Shown piece after piece: positions 8,760-18,945 of a DNA stretch of 64,000 nucleotides. The notes beneath the pieces were generated by a model. The model worked only from the letters and a program-made list of their open reading frames with translations, searched no databases and was not told the DNA's origin. The stretch is taken from assembly GCA_965262065.1 (NCBI GenBank), contig OZ253497.1, positions 493,637 through 557,636 of the forward strand, in the 5' to 3' direction. Both the position numbers and the translations under genes were made by a program. The first letter of the stretch is position 1; each line of letters begins with the position of its first letter. The stretch comes from Dehalococcoidia bacterium (GTDB lineage Bacteria > Chloroflexota > Dehalococcoidia > Lucifugimonadales > Lucifugimonadaceae).

Positions 8760-9833
8760 CTACCCCACCAGGGCGCCAGCCTTTGCGCCGAGTCCTTCCC
8801 ACGCTTCCGTCAGCAGGTCTTTCGTGGTGTCCCAGCCGACGCAGGCGTCGGTTATCGACACGCCGTACTTTAGTTGCGACGGGTCGGCAGGGAGCGCCTG
8901 GCTGCCTTCGAAGAGATGGCTTTCGAGCATCATGCCCACAATGTGCCGGTTGCCCGCGGTCCTTTGCTCCATTATGTTTCGGAACGCCACAGGCTGCAGG
9001 TTGTGGTCCTTGTTGCTGTTCGCATGAGAGCAGTCGATTACGACGTTTGGATTTTCGCCTGATGCCCGCAACGCCTCGATCGCGCTGTCGACGGATTCGA
9101 CGTCATAGTTGGGTCCGGTCTTTCCACCCCTGAGCACTATGTGGCCGGCCGGATTACCGGAGGTCTTGACTATGCTGGACCTGCCGTCTCCGTCCACACC
9201 GAAAAATACGTGCTGCGTCCGGGCTGCGAGCAGCGCGTCGACTGCGATCTGGATCGTGCCGCCGGTGCCGTTCTTGAATCCGATCGGCATGCTCAGACCG
9301 CTCGCAAGCTGGCGGTGAGTCTGGCTCTCGACCGTGCGAGCCCCTATCGCTCCCCACGAAACGATGTCGGCCAGGTACTGCGGAGTGATCGGGTCGAGCC
9401 ATTCGGTAGCGGTCGGCATGCCCATGTCCACCACGTCCAGCATGAATTGACGGGCGCGGGCCAGGCCGTGCGAAACATCGAAGGTCCCGTTCATGTGCGG
9501 GTCGTTGATGAAACCCTTCCAACCGATGGTCGTTCGCGGCTTTTCGAAGTAGACGCGCATCACGATGGCGATGCGGTCGTTCAGCCTGTCTGCGAGCTTG
9601 GCGAGCCGCTGCGCGTATTCGATGCCGGCGGTCTCGTCATGAATGGAACACGGCCCGACCAGCATCACCATGCGGTCGTCCTCGCCGTTCAGGATCGCCC
9701 CTATCTCTTCTCTGGATCGGTTGACTGTCTCCGAGATCGCCGGTGTGGCCGGGAGACGCCGCAGAAAAGCGTTGGGCGGCTCGAACGGTGTAATGCTTTC
9801 GATATTCAGGTTTGAGTTCTGGCGCAAGGTCAT
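8760..9833 (-). CDS. aroG: 3-deoxy-7-phosphoheptulonate (DAHP) synthase, class I
   Basis: 'LVGPCSIHD', 'KPRTTIGWKGFINDP', 'IDCSHANS'. Isozyme assignment (G/F/H) is not possible from sequence. Confidence 0.9.
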   Translation of the reverse strand: MTLRQNSNLNIESITPFEPPNAFLRRLPATPAISETVNRSREEIGAILNGEDDRMVMLVGPCSIHDETAGIEYAQRLAKLADRLNDRIAIVMRVYFEKPRTTIGWKGFINDPHMNGTFDVSHGLARARQFMLDVVDMGMPTATEWLDPITPQYLADIVSWGAIGARTVESQTHRQLASGLSMPIGFKNGTGGTIQIAVDALLAARTQHVFFGVDGDGRSSIVKTSGNPAGHIVLRGGKTGPNYDVESVDSAIEALRASGENPNVVIDCSHANSNKDHNLQPVAFRNIMEQRTAGNRHIVGMMLESHLFEGSQALPADPSQLKYGVSITDACVGWDTTKDLLTEAWEGLGAKAGALVG

Positions 9834-10078
9834 TTCGTTCTTCTCAACTTGTCAGGGGATGGAGCCGCGGTCGTCCGCGGGACTGATGACGTTTCGGTTG
9901 CCGCGGCACACTCAGGTTATGGTTCTGTGGAGCCGCGAGGGGCGGGGTAAGGACGATCTTGTGCAGTGTCAACTGCTATAAGAACGCCCAATGCTAAACA
10001 ACGGCGCCAGCCTGCAATACGCGTCGAAAGCGCCCGAGAAGAGTGTCCGGAGTCTGGTTGCGTTTGGGCTGATGGGGT

Positions 10079-10453
10079 TCATTGGGGTGACGGCCTGTCG
10101 CGGGATCGGAGGTCTGCGGCCTCTCCCAAGTATACGTGCTTGATCTCCCGCTGAGTCTTGTCAGTGTTCCAGAGTATCAGAATCCTTATACACCTTACCT
10201 GCCCGTGCGGCGTAGCTATTTCCTGAGCAGACATTAGCGGAACGTAGGTCCATCCAAGGCCCACGCGGGCCGCGGCCGCGGGGTATTCGACCGAAAGATC
10301 GGGGCTGGCAGTGAACAGGACCCCCGCGACGTCTTCCGACTCCACCGAGTTCTCCCTGACCAGCGCGCGCAGCAGTTCTTCGGTTGCGGCCAGTACCGAC
10401 TCGCGGGTGCGTTCCGCGGCGGTTGTTGCCCCTCTTATGCCCCTCATCGGCAT
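10079..10453 (-). CDS. aroH: chorismate mutase, AroH type
   Basis: N-terminal 'MRGIRGATT', 'ASPDL', 'CIRILI', 'HVYL'. The length (124 aa) fits monofunctional AroH. Confidence 0.9.
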   Translation of the reverse strand: MPMRGIRGATTAAERTRESVLAATEELLRALVRENSVESEDVAGVLFTASPDLSVEYPAAAARVGLGWTYVPLMSAQEIATPHGQVRCIRILILWNTDKTQREIKHVYLGEAADLRSRDRPSPQ

Positions 10454-10652
10454 TGAATACGCCCTCTATGCACTCGACTGCCGGTGTGATTCGTTCATAT
10501 TCTGCCGGTCCATCCCCTGAATTTCCGAAAGACGGAAGCACTCAGGCAAGGCATTTGACCATCAGCCGCGGCCGCGCAGATTCTACCCCGTCGGGGGCCT
10601 GCGGGCCATACATCGCCCTGAGAATCGCGCCCGCGTACGGGCGCCGTCGAAT

Positions 10653-11489
10653 TCAAGTTGGTTTCTGCGTCGCGGCTGCGAGGAAACGAACGAAATCGCC
10701 AGCGCGTTCAGGGGCCGATTCCGGAGGACCTGCGTTTATGGCGTCGATGAGCGCGCTGCCGACCACCGCCCCGTCTGCGTAGGAGGCGACCTCCTGCACG
10801 TGTTCCGGAGTGGATATGCCGAATCCCACCGCGACGGGGAGATCCGTGTGCCGCCGCACCATGTCCACGAGATCGCGCACCCTGCTCGACATCTCGGCGC
10901 GGGCGCCGGTCACGCCTAGCACCGAAACGCAGTAGACGAACCCGCCCGCGGATCGGCAGGCCGCCTTTACGCGCCCCTCAGTAGAGGTGAGGGCGACCAT
11001 GGGAACAACGCTCATTCCGGCGGCCGCGGCCGCGGCCGTCAGAGGTCCCGCCTCCTCGGCTGGCAGGTCGGCCGCTATCAGGCCGTTCGCCCCGGCCATG
11101 GCCGACATATCGCAGTACCGCTCGATGCCGAGGGACAACACGGGGTTGTAGTAGCCCATGAAAACCAGGGGGACTTCGACCCCCAGGTCGCGGGCAGCCC
11201 GCGCCGCTTCGATCGACGACCGGACCGTAGCGCCCGCCACCAACGCGTCGTGGCTCGACTTTTGGATCGTCGGTCCCTCGGCGAGTGGATCGCTGAACGG
11301 GACCCCCATCTCGATTACGTCGGCGCCGGCGTCGGCGATCGCCTTCACGATGGCCGGAGTAAGGTCGGATCGTGGATGACCGGCTGTCACGAACGGCACC
11401 AGCGCGATACGCCCTGCCTGTCGCGCGTTTTCAAACGCCTTTCGGATTGGATCGTTCAAATCCTTGCCTCGCTTGCAGTCACTCTTCAT
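10653..11489 (-). CDS. trpA: tryptophan synthase alpha chain
   Basis: 'LVPFVTAGHP', 'IEMGVPFSDPLAEGPTIQ', 'VGFGIS'. Confidence 0.93.
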   Translation of the reverse strand: MKSDCKRGKDLNDPIRKAFENARQAGRIALVPFVTAGHPRSDLTPAIVKAIADAGADVIEMGVPFSDPLAEGPTIQKSSHDALVAGATVRSSIEAARAARDLGVEVPLVFMGYYNPVLSLGIERYCDMSAMAGANGLIAADLPAEEAGPLTAAAAAAGMSVVPMVALTSTEGRVKAACRSAGGFVYCVSVLGVTGARAEMSSRVRDLVDMVRRHTDLPVAVGFGISTPEHVQEVASYADGAVVGSALIDAINAGPPESAPERAGDFVRFLAAATQKPT

Positions 11490-12206
11490 TCAGGTCACTT
11501 TGGCCAGAATCAACGCAGCCGTGTTGTGGAGGCCGTGGATGAAAATACACGGCCAGATAGATCTGGTTTTAAGGTACACCCACCCCAGGGCCAACCCCAG
11601 TATGAAAGTTGGTACCAGTGACGCAATATCGAGGTGGGCCAACGCAAAGAGGGCCGAACTCAGCACCACCGCCATCGCCATGCCGTACCGGTTCGCCAGC
11701 CCGGGCAGAGCAAACCCGCGAAAGAATATCTCCTCGGCAATCGGACCCCAGACCCCGACGAGTACGAACGCAATGAGAACGGAATCACCGGCCTCCTGAA
11801 GCAGATCGCGTGCAGTTTCGGGCGGGACCAGGAAGGACGCGTTGAGCAAGTCGACCAAGTACGTCCACACGAGAACCCCTGCGAGACCGGCAATCCAGGC
11901 GCCGACGGCGAAGAGATAGGGAAAATTTCCTTGCGGCCGCGTGAATCCCAGGGCCGACAGACCGACGCCGTACTTCACCACGGAGAACGTGACGGCAGCG
12001 ATCAGAAACATGCCTTCGAGCAACGCGAAGAGCACGATAGTCGATGGCACGCCGAGCAGTTCCCGGCCCTCGAGGGGCAGGGGCGAATCGTCTCCGCCGG
12101 CCGAGCCTGCGACCGCCAGCAACGCCAACACGGCGACCAGGATCGCGGCGCCGCCGAGCAGGGCTGCGAAAACTACGTCACGAGGATTCCACGGCGCCCG
12201 GATCAT
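11490..12206 (-). CDS. CPBP family intramembrane glutamic endopeptidase (CAAX protease-like)
   Basis: Multi-TM protein with 'EEIFFRG', 'FALAHL' and 'HGLHN' motifs. Confidence 0.8.
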   Translation of the reverse strand: MIRAPWNPRDVVFAALLGGAAILVAVLALLAVAGSAGGDDSPLPLEGRELLGVPSTIVLFALLEGMFLIAAVTFSVVKYGVGLSALGFTRPQGNFPYLFAVGAWIAGLAGVLVWTYLVDLLNASFLVPPETARDLLQEAGDSVLIAFVLVGVWGPIAEEIFFRGFALPGLANRYGMAMAVVLSSALFALAHLDIASLVPTFILGLALGWVYLKTRSIWPCIFIHGLHNTAALILAKVT

Positions 12207-12227
12207 GTGTAGGGGATGTTCGAGAGT

Positions 12228-12899
12228 TCAGGACCCCGACCACGAGACGTCGCCAAAAAGGTCGTCGGGGTGGTCCTTCGACGCGAACTCCGAATACTCG
12301 GCCCTGGATCGTCCTATGGTCGTGAAGTCCCCGTGGCCGGGCAGCACAACCGTCTCATCGTCCAGCGGGTACAGCCTGGAAGTAATCGATTCCACTAACT
12401 GCGTCAGCGCCGCAGGGCTCCTCGACTTGCCAGGCCCGCCCGGAAACAGGGTGTCGCCGGTGAACACGTGCTGTGTCCCGTCCGGGTCGTCGGGATCGGC
12501 CAGCAGATAACAGGTGGAACCGTCGGTATGACCCGGCGTGGCGATTGCGGAGAGCGATATTCCGCACACGCCTACGACGCTGCCGTCCGACACGTCGAGC
12601 GCTCCGCCGGCCGTCTTGCCCGCAATCGCCGGTGCGTCCTGCTCGCCTATGCCCACAGGCACTCGAAATACGTTAAGCACGTTTTCGAATCCCTGAAGGT
12701 GGTCCCAGTGGTTGTGGGTGATGAGCACGCCTCTGACGGTCGTCTGCCGGGCGGCCGTAATCAGTTCGTGCGGCTTGTCCGGAGTATCGATGATGATGCT
12801 GGACCGGTCCGCCCCGGCCGTGATCAGGTAGGCGTTGTTGGAGAAGCCGGAAACGAAACGTTCGATCTTCCAGCGGGCGCCTTCATAAACTATCGACAT
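12228..12899 (-). CDS. MBL-fold metallo-hydrolase (glyoxalase II-like)
   Basis: 'LITHNHWDHLQG' (HxHxDH), later 'TPGHTDGS' and 'GDTLF'. Confidence 0.85.
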   Translation of the reverse strand: MSIVYEGARWKIERFVSGFSNNAYLITAGADRSSIIIDTPDKPHELITAARQTTVRGVLITHNHWDHLQGFENVLNVFRVPVGIGEQDAPAIAGKTAGGALDVSDGSVVGVCGISLSAIATPGHTDGSTCYLLADPDDPDGTQHVFTGDTLFPGGPGKSRSPAALTQLVESITSRLYPLDDETVVLPGHGDFTTIGRSRAEYSEFASKDHPDDLFGDVSWSGS

Positions 12900-13015
12900 G
12901 GCAATTCAACAATCCTTTCGCGGCGGATTCGGAAGCATAGTCCGCGGCTTGATGGCTTTGTCCGGCGCATGATGGTACGGAGCGCGCCCGCTCGCCGAGG
13001 CGAACAGGCGGGATT

Positions 13016-14947
13016 TTAGAGGGTCTGCGGCTCCGGATCGGCGGCCGGCGCCACTGTCCGCTCGTCACCAGCGGTTTCCTCGTCGCCGGCGGGCCCGACC
13101 GGTTCAGGTTGGGGAGGCCTGAGCGAAAGCGGATCTCCGCCTTCGAGCAACACCGTCATCTGGTCCCCGTCAATGGTCTCGTATTCGAGCAGGAACTGCG
13201 CCAACTTGTCGAGCTGATCGGTGTGGTCACTCAATATCTGGTTCGCCGTGTCGCGGCCTTCATCGAGCAGCCTGCTGACCTCGCTGTCGATCAGATTCTC
13301 GGTGCGAATGCTGTAGTCGCGCTCCTCGGAGATTTCCCGGCCGAGGAATATGGCTTCCTGCCGTCTTCCGAACGAGCGCAATCCCAGTTTGGCGCTCATT
13401 CCGTAACGGGTCACCATCTGGCGGGCCATGCGGGTCGCCACCTCGATGTCGTTGCTGGCGCCGGTGGTTACTTCGCCGAACTTGATCACTTCCGCCTGTC
13501 TGCCGCCCATGGCGGTTCCGATCATGGCCAGGAACTGGGTCAATGTCTGTAAATAGCGGTCTTCCTCGGGAAGGTAGCGCGTGTATCCACCCATCTGCCC
13601 GCGGGATACGATCGATATCTTCCAGACCATATCGGCGCCTGGAATGTGGTAGGCGACGAGGGCGTGGCCGGCCTCGTGATAGGCGGTGAGCTCCCGCTCC
13701 TTATCGCTGATTACCCGGCTCTTGCGGGCCGGGCCGGCGATCACGCGGTCGATGGCCTCGGTGAGGTCGTCCAGTTCGATCGATTTCTTGTTCCGCCTGG
13801 CTGCGAGGAGGGCTCCTTCGTTGATGAGGTTCGCAAGGTCGGCCCCGGAAAAGCCCGGCGTCTGCTTGGCGATGGAAGCCAGATCGACCGACTTCTCAAT
13901 CGGTTTGCCCTTGGCGTGCACGTCGAGGATGGCGGTACGGCCTCGAATGTCGGGGTTGTCCAGTATGACGCGCCGGTCGAAGCGGCCGGGTCTGAGAAGC
14001 GCCGGGTCGAGGATGTCGGGCCTGTTGGTGGCGGCGATTACTATGACGTTCGTCACGGTGTCGAAACCGTCCATTTCCACGAGGATCTGGTTGAGCGTTT
14101 GCTCCCGCTCATCGTGACCGCCGCCGAGACCGGCTCCCCGGTGCCTGCCCACGGCGTCGATCTCGTCGACGAAAACTATGCAGGGCGAGTGCCGCTTGGC
14201 CTGTTCGAACAGGTCGCGCACACGCGACGCGCCCACGCCCACGAACATTTCTACGAACTCCGAGCCGCTAATGGAGAAGAACGGCACTCCGGCCTCGCCG
14301 GCCACCGCCCTCGCCAGGAGCGTCTTGCCTGTGCCGGGGGGACCGACCAGCAACACACCGCTCGGAATGCGCGCGCCGAGCGCCTGGAATCGCTCCGGAT
14401 ACTTAAGGAACTCTACGACCTCTTCCAGTTCCTGTTTCGCTTCGGGCACACCCGCAACATCAAAGAACGTAACAGTGGCCTTGGTCCCAACGAACATACG
14501 GGCCCTGCTGCGTCCGAAGCTCATGGTCTGGTTATTGCTGCCCTGCGCCTGCCGCATCATGAACAGCAGAACCCCGCCGAACAGGATGAGGGGCAGGAAA
14601 GTGATGAGCACTTTGAACAGGCTGTCAAGCCCGCTCGATCCCTTGACGTCGACCGAGTAGGCGCCAGGGTCGACGCCTGCCTCGTTCATGAGTTGAACCA
14701 GGCTCGACCCCGCTTCCTTGCGCGACCTGAACACCTTGGCCCCGTCGGTTACGGTCAGCGAGTCGCCGCGCATCTCTATGCGAATGCGATCGGTGCTGGT
14801 GTTGTTGCGCGCCAAGGAGATCACTTCAGTGATCTCGATCTCCTGCGGGCTGCCAAGGGGCTTATTAAAGAACAGGAGGAAGACCGTGACGACTGCCACC
14901 ACGATCAACAAATAGACGATACCGTTACGCGTGCAACGGTGGGTCAT
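13016..14947 (-). CDS. ftsH: ATP-dependent zinc metalloprotease FtsH
   Basis: Walker A '[18 protein letters not shown]', 'DEIDAVG', zinc site 'HEAGHAL', N-terminal TM. Confidence 0.97.
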   Translation of the reverse strand: MTHRCTRNGIVYLLIVVAVVTVFLLFFNKPLGSPQEIEITEVISLARNNTSTDRIRIEMRGDSLTVTDGAKVFRSRKEAGSSLVQLMNEAGVDPGAYSVDVKGSSGLDSLFKVLITFLPLILFGGVLLFMMRQAQGSNNQTMSFGRSRARMFVGTKATVTFFDVAGVPEAKQELEEVVEFLKYPERFQALGARIPSGVLLVGPPGTGKTLLARAVAGEAGVPFFSISGSEFVEMFVGVGASRVRDLFEQAKRHSPCIVFVDEIDAVGRHRGAGLGGGHDEREQTLNQILVEMDGFDTVTNVIVIAATNRPDILDPALLRPGRFDRRVILDNPDIRGRTAILDVHAKGKPIEKSVDLASIAKQTPGFSGADLANLINEGALLAARRNKKSIELDDLTEAIDRVIAGPARKSRVISDKERELTAYHEAGHALVAYHIPGADMVWKISIVSRGQMGGYTRYLPEEDRYLQTLTQFLAMIGTAMGGRQAEVIKFGEVTTGASNDIEVATRMARQMVTRYGMSAKLGLRSFGRRQEAIFLGREISEERDYSIRTENLIDSEVSRLLDEGRDTANQILSDHTDQLDKLAQFLLEYETIDGDQMTVLLEGGDPLSLRPPQPEPVGPAGDEETAGDERTVAPAADPEPQTL

Positions 14948-15203
14948 GGCATTACCTGAAACTCTGGGATCCGGAAGGGCGTGGAACTCTCGGCTTCACC
15001 TGAATCGCCAGCCTCGAGCGGCTTGGCGCGGGTCTGGCAAAGTGTCGTCCGCCAGTCCCTCAATCGTACCACAGGGGCAGTTCCCGTTCCCGCGCATACA
15101 GATCCCGGTAATACAAACCTTGCTGCGGTGAAAATGCGAGAAACCCCCGGCGCCGCCAACGGTCGCGCCCGGCTCGTTACTATATAATCCCAACACCGGG
15201 AGA

Positions 15204-15869
15204 ATGTCCCGGAATTCGCCCCGGCAAGCGGCCGCTCAGCAGCGCCTGCGGGAGCGACTTTTCGCAGGAGTCGAAAGAATAGCAAGAGATTACCGGGTCA
15301 ACCGCCGCATTCGCGCCCCCATAGTCAGAGTTATCCGGGGCGAGGATTCCAGCAGTTCGACCGTGATGCCCATACAAGACGCCATTAGGCTGGCAGATGA
15401 GGAAGGCCTCGACCTGGTCGAGGTAGCGCCGAACCAATCGCCGCCAGTTTGCAGGCTGCTTGATTACGGCCGCTTCAAGTTCATACAGGCCAAAAAGGCC
15501 AAGGAGGCCAGGAAGGCCTCCCGTGGAACAAACCAGCAACGTGAAGTCAGGATGCGGCCGCGCATTTCAGACAACGACATTCAGTCAAAGATCAGAACGG
15601 TTAAGGGACTGCTCGCAGAGGGCGCAAAGGTGCGCGTGGCGGTACTCTTGAGAGGACGAGAGAACACACACCCCGAGGTCGCTATGAAAGTCCTGCGGCG
15701 GGTCGCCGAAGGCGTCGCGTCAGAGGCCAGGCTCGAGCGTGCGCCAACCAGAGAGGCGCGCTCCATAGCCATCATGCTGGCGCCGGCAGGCAGTCCCGGC
15801 CAGGCGCCGGCGGCGGTCGCCCCGGCATCGGGAAGAACCGCGAATAGCAGTGGCGGGAACGAAGGCTGA
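15204..15869 (+). CDS. infC: translation initiation factor IF-3 (true start possibly non-canonical ATA at 15279)
   Basis: 'RVNRRIRAPIVRVI', 'EEGLDLVEVAPNQSPPVCRLLDYGRFKF'. GGAG at 15267-15270 lies 8 nt before the in-frame ATA at 15279. Confidence 0.9.
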   Translation: MSRNSPRQAAAQQRLRERLFAGVERIARDYRVNRRIRAPIVRVIRGEDSSSSTVMPIQDAIRLADEEGLDLVEVAPNQSPPVCRLLDYGRFKFIQAKKAKEARKASRGTNQQREVRMRPRISDNDIQSKIRTVKGLLAEGAKVRVAVLLRGRENTHPEVAMKVLRRVAEGVASEARLERAPTREARSIAIMLAPAGSPGQAPAAVAPASGRTANSSGGNEG

Positions 15870-15873
15870 CAAT

Positions 15874-16080
15874 ATGCCGAAAATGAAGACCCACAAAGGC
15901 GCGAAACGCCGATTTCACCTTAGCGGCGGCGGCAAGCTGCTCCGGACGAAGGGCCCTAAGAGTCACTTTCGCCGAAACAAGGCGAAGCGGGTGAAGCGGC
16001 TGTTCGCCCGTAAGGTGGGCCTCGACTCTCCCAAGTTCACCCGAAGCATCAAGCATGCCATTTCCGGCGGCAGTCGCTAG
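15874..16080 (+). CDS. rpmI: 50S ribosomal protein L35
   Basis: 'MPKMKTHKGAKRRF'. The ATG at 15874 lies within track ORF 15850..16080. Confidence 0.93.
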   Translation: MPKMKTHKGAKRRFHLSGGGKLLRTKGPKSHFRRNKAKRVKRLFARKVGLDSPKFTRSIKHAISGGSR

Positions 16081-16258
16081 AGTCGCCCCTCGCCGCGAAC
16101 TCTTACAGCGGGGCCGAGGCACAAAAAGACAACAGGTTATCGAGACAGAAAGCGCGCTCGTCCGCAGACGATCCCGGACCCCGACCGCTTCAGTTGCGGA
16201 AACCACTCCGGCAGGCGCGCCGTATAACAACTGACCGCACGAGCAGCGGGAGAGAAAA

Positions 16259-16618
16259 TTGACCAGGGTAACCAGCGGACCACATACAAGACAGCGGCAC
16301 AAGCGGGTGCTCAAGGCGGTGCGAGGCCATCGCGGATCCAGGAACAAGCGCTACCGGCTCGCCAAGGAATCGCTTCTTCACGCGCTCGCCTACTCGACGA
16401 TCGGCCGAAAGCTCAAAAAACGCGAAAACAGGTCACTGGCGATCATTCGGATCAACGCCGCGGCCCGCGAAAACGGCATGACTTACAACGAGTTGATTCA
16501 CGGCCTGAAGTTGGCCAATGTGAGTCTCGACCGGAAATCGCTTTCGGACCTGGCGGTCAGAGAGCCGTCGGCCTTCTCGGAAGTGGTCCAGACGGCAAAG
16601 ACAGCCGTAGGGGCCTGA
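16259..16618 (+). CDS. rplT: 50S ribosomal protein L20
   Basis: 'TRVTSGPHTRQRHKRVLK..GHRGSRNK', 'INAAARENGMTYNELIHGL'. It uses a TTG start preceded by GGGAGAG. Confidence 0.95.
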   Translation: MTRVTSGPHTRQRHKRVLKAVRGHRGSRNKRYRLAKESLLHALAYSTIGRKLKKRENRSLAIIRINAAARENGMTYNELIHGLKLANVSLDRKSLSDLAVREPSAFSEVVQTAKTAVGA

Positions 16619-16641
16619 GGGCAGGGCCCGGCCCGGCAAGT

Positions 16642-17589
16642 TCAGGCGGCCAGGTGCCGGTCGAAGAATCCGGCCACTCTGTTCACGTACTCCGCTCGCC
16701 TCGTTCGGTAACCCTGAACGTGTCCCGTTCCGGGGATTATCCACACCCTGCGTCCGAGGACAGGCGATTGGGCGTCCGCGCCAATCGCCCGGCCAAGAAT
16801 TCGCGCATGGCGGACCGGCACCATTTCGTCATTCTCACCGTGCACGATGAAGACCGGAGTTTCGGTGGCGGCGATCATTCTGGCCGGTGAGACCTCCTTC
16901 ACGTCCAGTCCGTACATCAACCTCGCCATGATCTCCATTCCCGGGGTGAACAGATAAAGCGGTCTCCTGGACCCGGTCAAACTCTCGCGGACCCTGATAG
17001 TCAGGTCTGCAAACGAACTGTCCGCCACCACTGCGGCCGCTGTGCCGGGGTTGGCGCAGGTCATAAGCGCGACGGCCGCCCCCAGCGACGAGCCGTGTAC
17101 GCCGACGCGCCCGCGGTCGGCGCCGGCCGCGACTAGAAAATCAAGGGCGCCCAACAGGTCGAGGCGCTCGTAGAAGCCGACCGAACCCGAGTCGCCGCCC
17201 GAGTCGCCGCAGCCGCGCAGATCGAACATCAGAAGTCCGAAACCGCGGTCCGACAGGTCCCTAGCCAGTCCCAGGCCTCCGGCGGACGGGTTGGCCCTGT
17301 TCGTGCCGAAACCGTGGACCATGACGATCCAGCGGGACGATGCAGGGTCCGGCGCGCTGTGTTCGCCCTGGGGCGGTATCAGCCAGCCGGACAGTTGCAG
17401 TTCGCCGTCCCGGCTCCTGAACGAGACGTCGCTGAACTCCAGGCCAACCGTGGACGGGTCGTCCTCCGGCCTGATCCTCTCCGCACGGGTCATGCCCGCG
17501 GCCATGCCCGCCGAAACTGCGACATATGCTCCGGCAGCGGCGGCGCCTATTAACGCGATCCTGCTCACCCAGCCCATTGCATACTCCAT
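16642..17589 (-). CDS. alpha/beta hydrolase with N-terminal membrane anchor
   Basis: Nucleophile elbow 'VHGSSLGAA', 'VMVHGFG', C-terminal 'IPGTGH'. Confidence 0.75.
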   Translation of the reverse strand: MEYAMGWVSRIALIGAAAAGAYVAVSAGMAAGMTRAERIRPEDDPSTVGLEFSDVSFRSRDGELQLSGWLIPPQGEHSAPDPASSRWIVMVHGFGTNRANPSAGGLGLARDLSDRGFGLLMFDLRGCGDSGGDSGSVGFYERLDLLGALDFLVAAGADRGRVGVHGSSLGAAVALMTCANPGTAAAVVADSSFADLTIRVRESLTGSRRPLYLFTPGMEIMARLMYGLDVKEVSPARMIAATETPVFIVHGENDEMVPVRHARILGRAIGADAQSPVLGRRVWIIPGTGHVQGYRTRRAEYVNRVAGFFDRHLAA

Positions 17590-17753
17590 CGCTCATCCGA
17601 TGCCGCTGCCAGACGTTTTGATCGCGAACCACGGCGCCGGATTCGTTCAAGAGTAACGGCAATCCCGCCGCAGTGCGATGCGCCGTTCTGTCGACGAGGC
17701 GCGATCGACCCCGGATTCCGAGACACCGCCGACGGCTCCCGGCCGTTCTCCTG

Positions 17754-18728
17754 CTAGACCTGTAACGACGTCCGCAATCGCGGCCTACGGATCAACGCAG
17801 TCAGCGTTATCAGGTCGGCCCACAGCAACGTGCCGATACAGAGATGGAGCACCCTCGTCCACTCGTCGAACGTTGTCCAGGGGTTCGCGGCGCCGGCGAG
17901 TGTCTGTGCCAGGATCAGCCCCAACGCGGCCGCTGCGCCCCACCGGACGAGAACGTCAGCCCCGCGCTCGCGCCATGCCTTTAATGACGCCGCAACGACC
18001 AGGATCGCAGCCGCCAGCGAGACGATGCGGTGGAACATGTGTATCCACGCCAGTTCCGACTGCGGGACAAGCGCCCCTCCGCAGAGCGGCCACGAAGGAC
18101 ACACCGCGCCTGCGCCGCGCCACACGGCGTAGGAACCGGCAAGAATTGCCGCCATCGCTGCAACTGAGGCCCAGACAACCAGTTGTGCAGTGAATTTGTC
18201 CCCTGCTCGCGACCCGGGGCCGGCGGATCGGTCTCCCGGCCGCGCTGCCGCGACGACGGCGAATCCAAGGAGCAAGATCACGGTTTCGGCCATTGCGAGG
18301 TGAAGAGTGCGAATCGCCGGATTCAGATCGCTCAGCACCACGGCGCCTCCGATTCCGCCGACAATCGCAATGAGGGCTAGCGACGCACTCGTGAGCCAGA
18401 CGGCCCGTACGTCGTTTCCGGCTTTTGTCCACGCCCTGACCGTCGCAGCCAAAATCGCCAGCCCGACCAGCACTCCCGCGCTGCGATGCGTCCACTCGAT
18501 CAGGGCGTGCTTGTCGACGGGGGGTATCAGCCGCCCATAGCAAAGCGGCCAATCGGGGCAGCCATCGCCCGACTCTGTCACCCTGACGACACCGCCGAAC
18601 GTTATCTGCAGGATTGCGCCGACCAGTGAAGCGACCAGCAGCCATACGAGCCAACCGTCCCGCATCGCCCGGGCGGTTCCGGGGGCGCCGCCTGGCGTTC
18701 GCGATTCCTCCGGGACCGGTGGAGTCAT
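17754..18728 (-). CDS. ctaA: heme A synthase (COX15/CtaA)
   Basis: 'GGVVRVTESGDGCPDWPLCYG', a second 'CPSWPLCGG', and multiple TM segments with conserved His. Confidence 0.88.
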   Translation of the reverse strand: MTPPVPEESRTPGGAPGTARAMRDGWLVWLLVASLVGAILQITFGGVVRVTESGDGCPDWPLCYGRLIPPVDKHALIEWTHRSAGVLVGLAILAATVRAWTKAGNDVRAVWLTSASLALIAIVGGIGGAVVLSDLNPAIRTLHLAMAETVILLLGFAVVAAARPGDRSAGPGSRAGDKFTAQLVVWASVAAMAAILAGSYAVWRGAGAVCPSWPLCGGALVPQSELAWIHMFHRIVSLAAAILVVAASLKAWRERGADVLVRWGAAAALGLILAQTLAGAANPWTTFDEWTRVLHLCIGTLLWADLITLTALIRRPRLRTSLQV

Positions 18729-18945
18729 CGGGTCGGCTCCGAATCGCGAACCCAGCCGGCGGCCGGATACCTGGTATTTTCGGCAACTCCCGGCCGCATC
18801 ATATGGTCATCACCAATTGGCCTGCTCTGCCGCCGGGCAATTCTCAGGAATCTCAGGCAGCTCCCGGCCGCGCCAAATCTCCGCCGCGGGTCCAGTCTCA
18901 TTTGTTCACAACAGCCAGACACAGGGCGCGAGAATTCCGGGTAGA

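Noticed and set aside
13646-14959. 437-aa plus-strand ORF
   Set aside because: It is entirely antisense to ftsH, which has unambiguous motifs. It is a typical high-GC shadow ORF with an Arg/Gly/Ala-rich translation.
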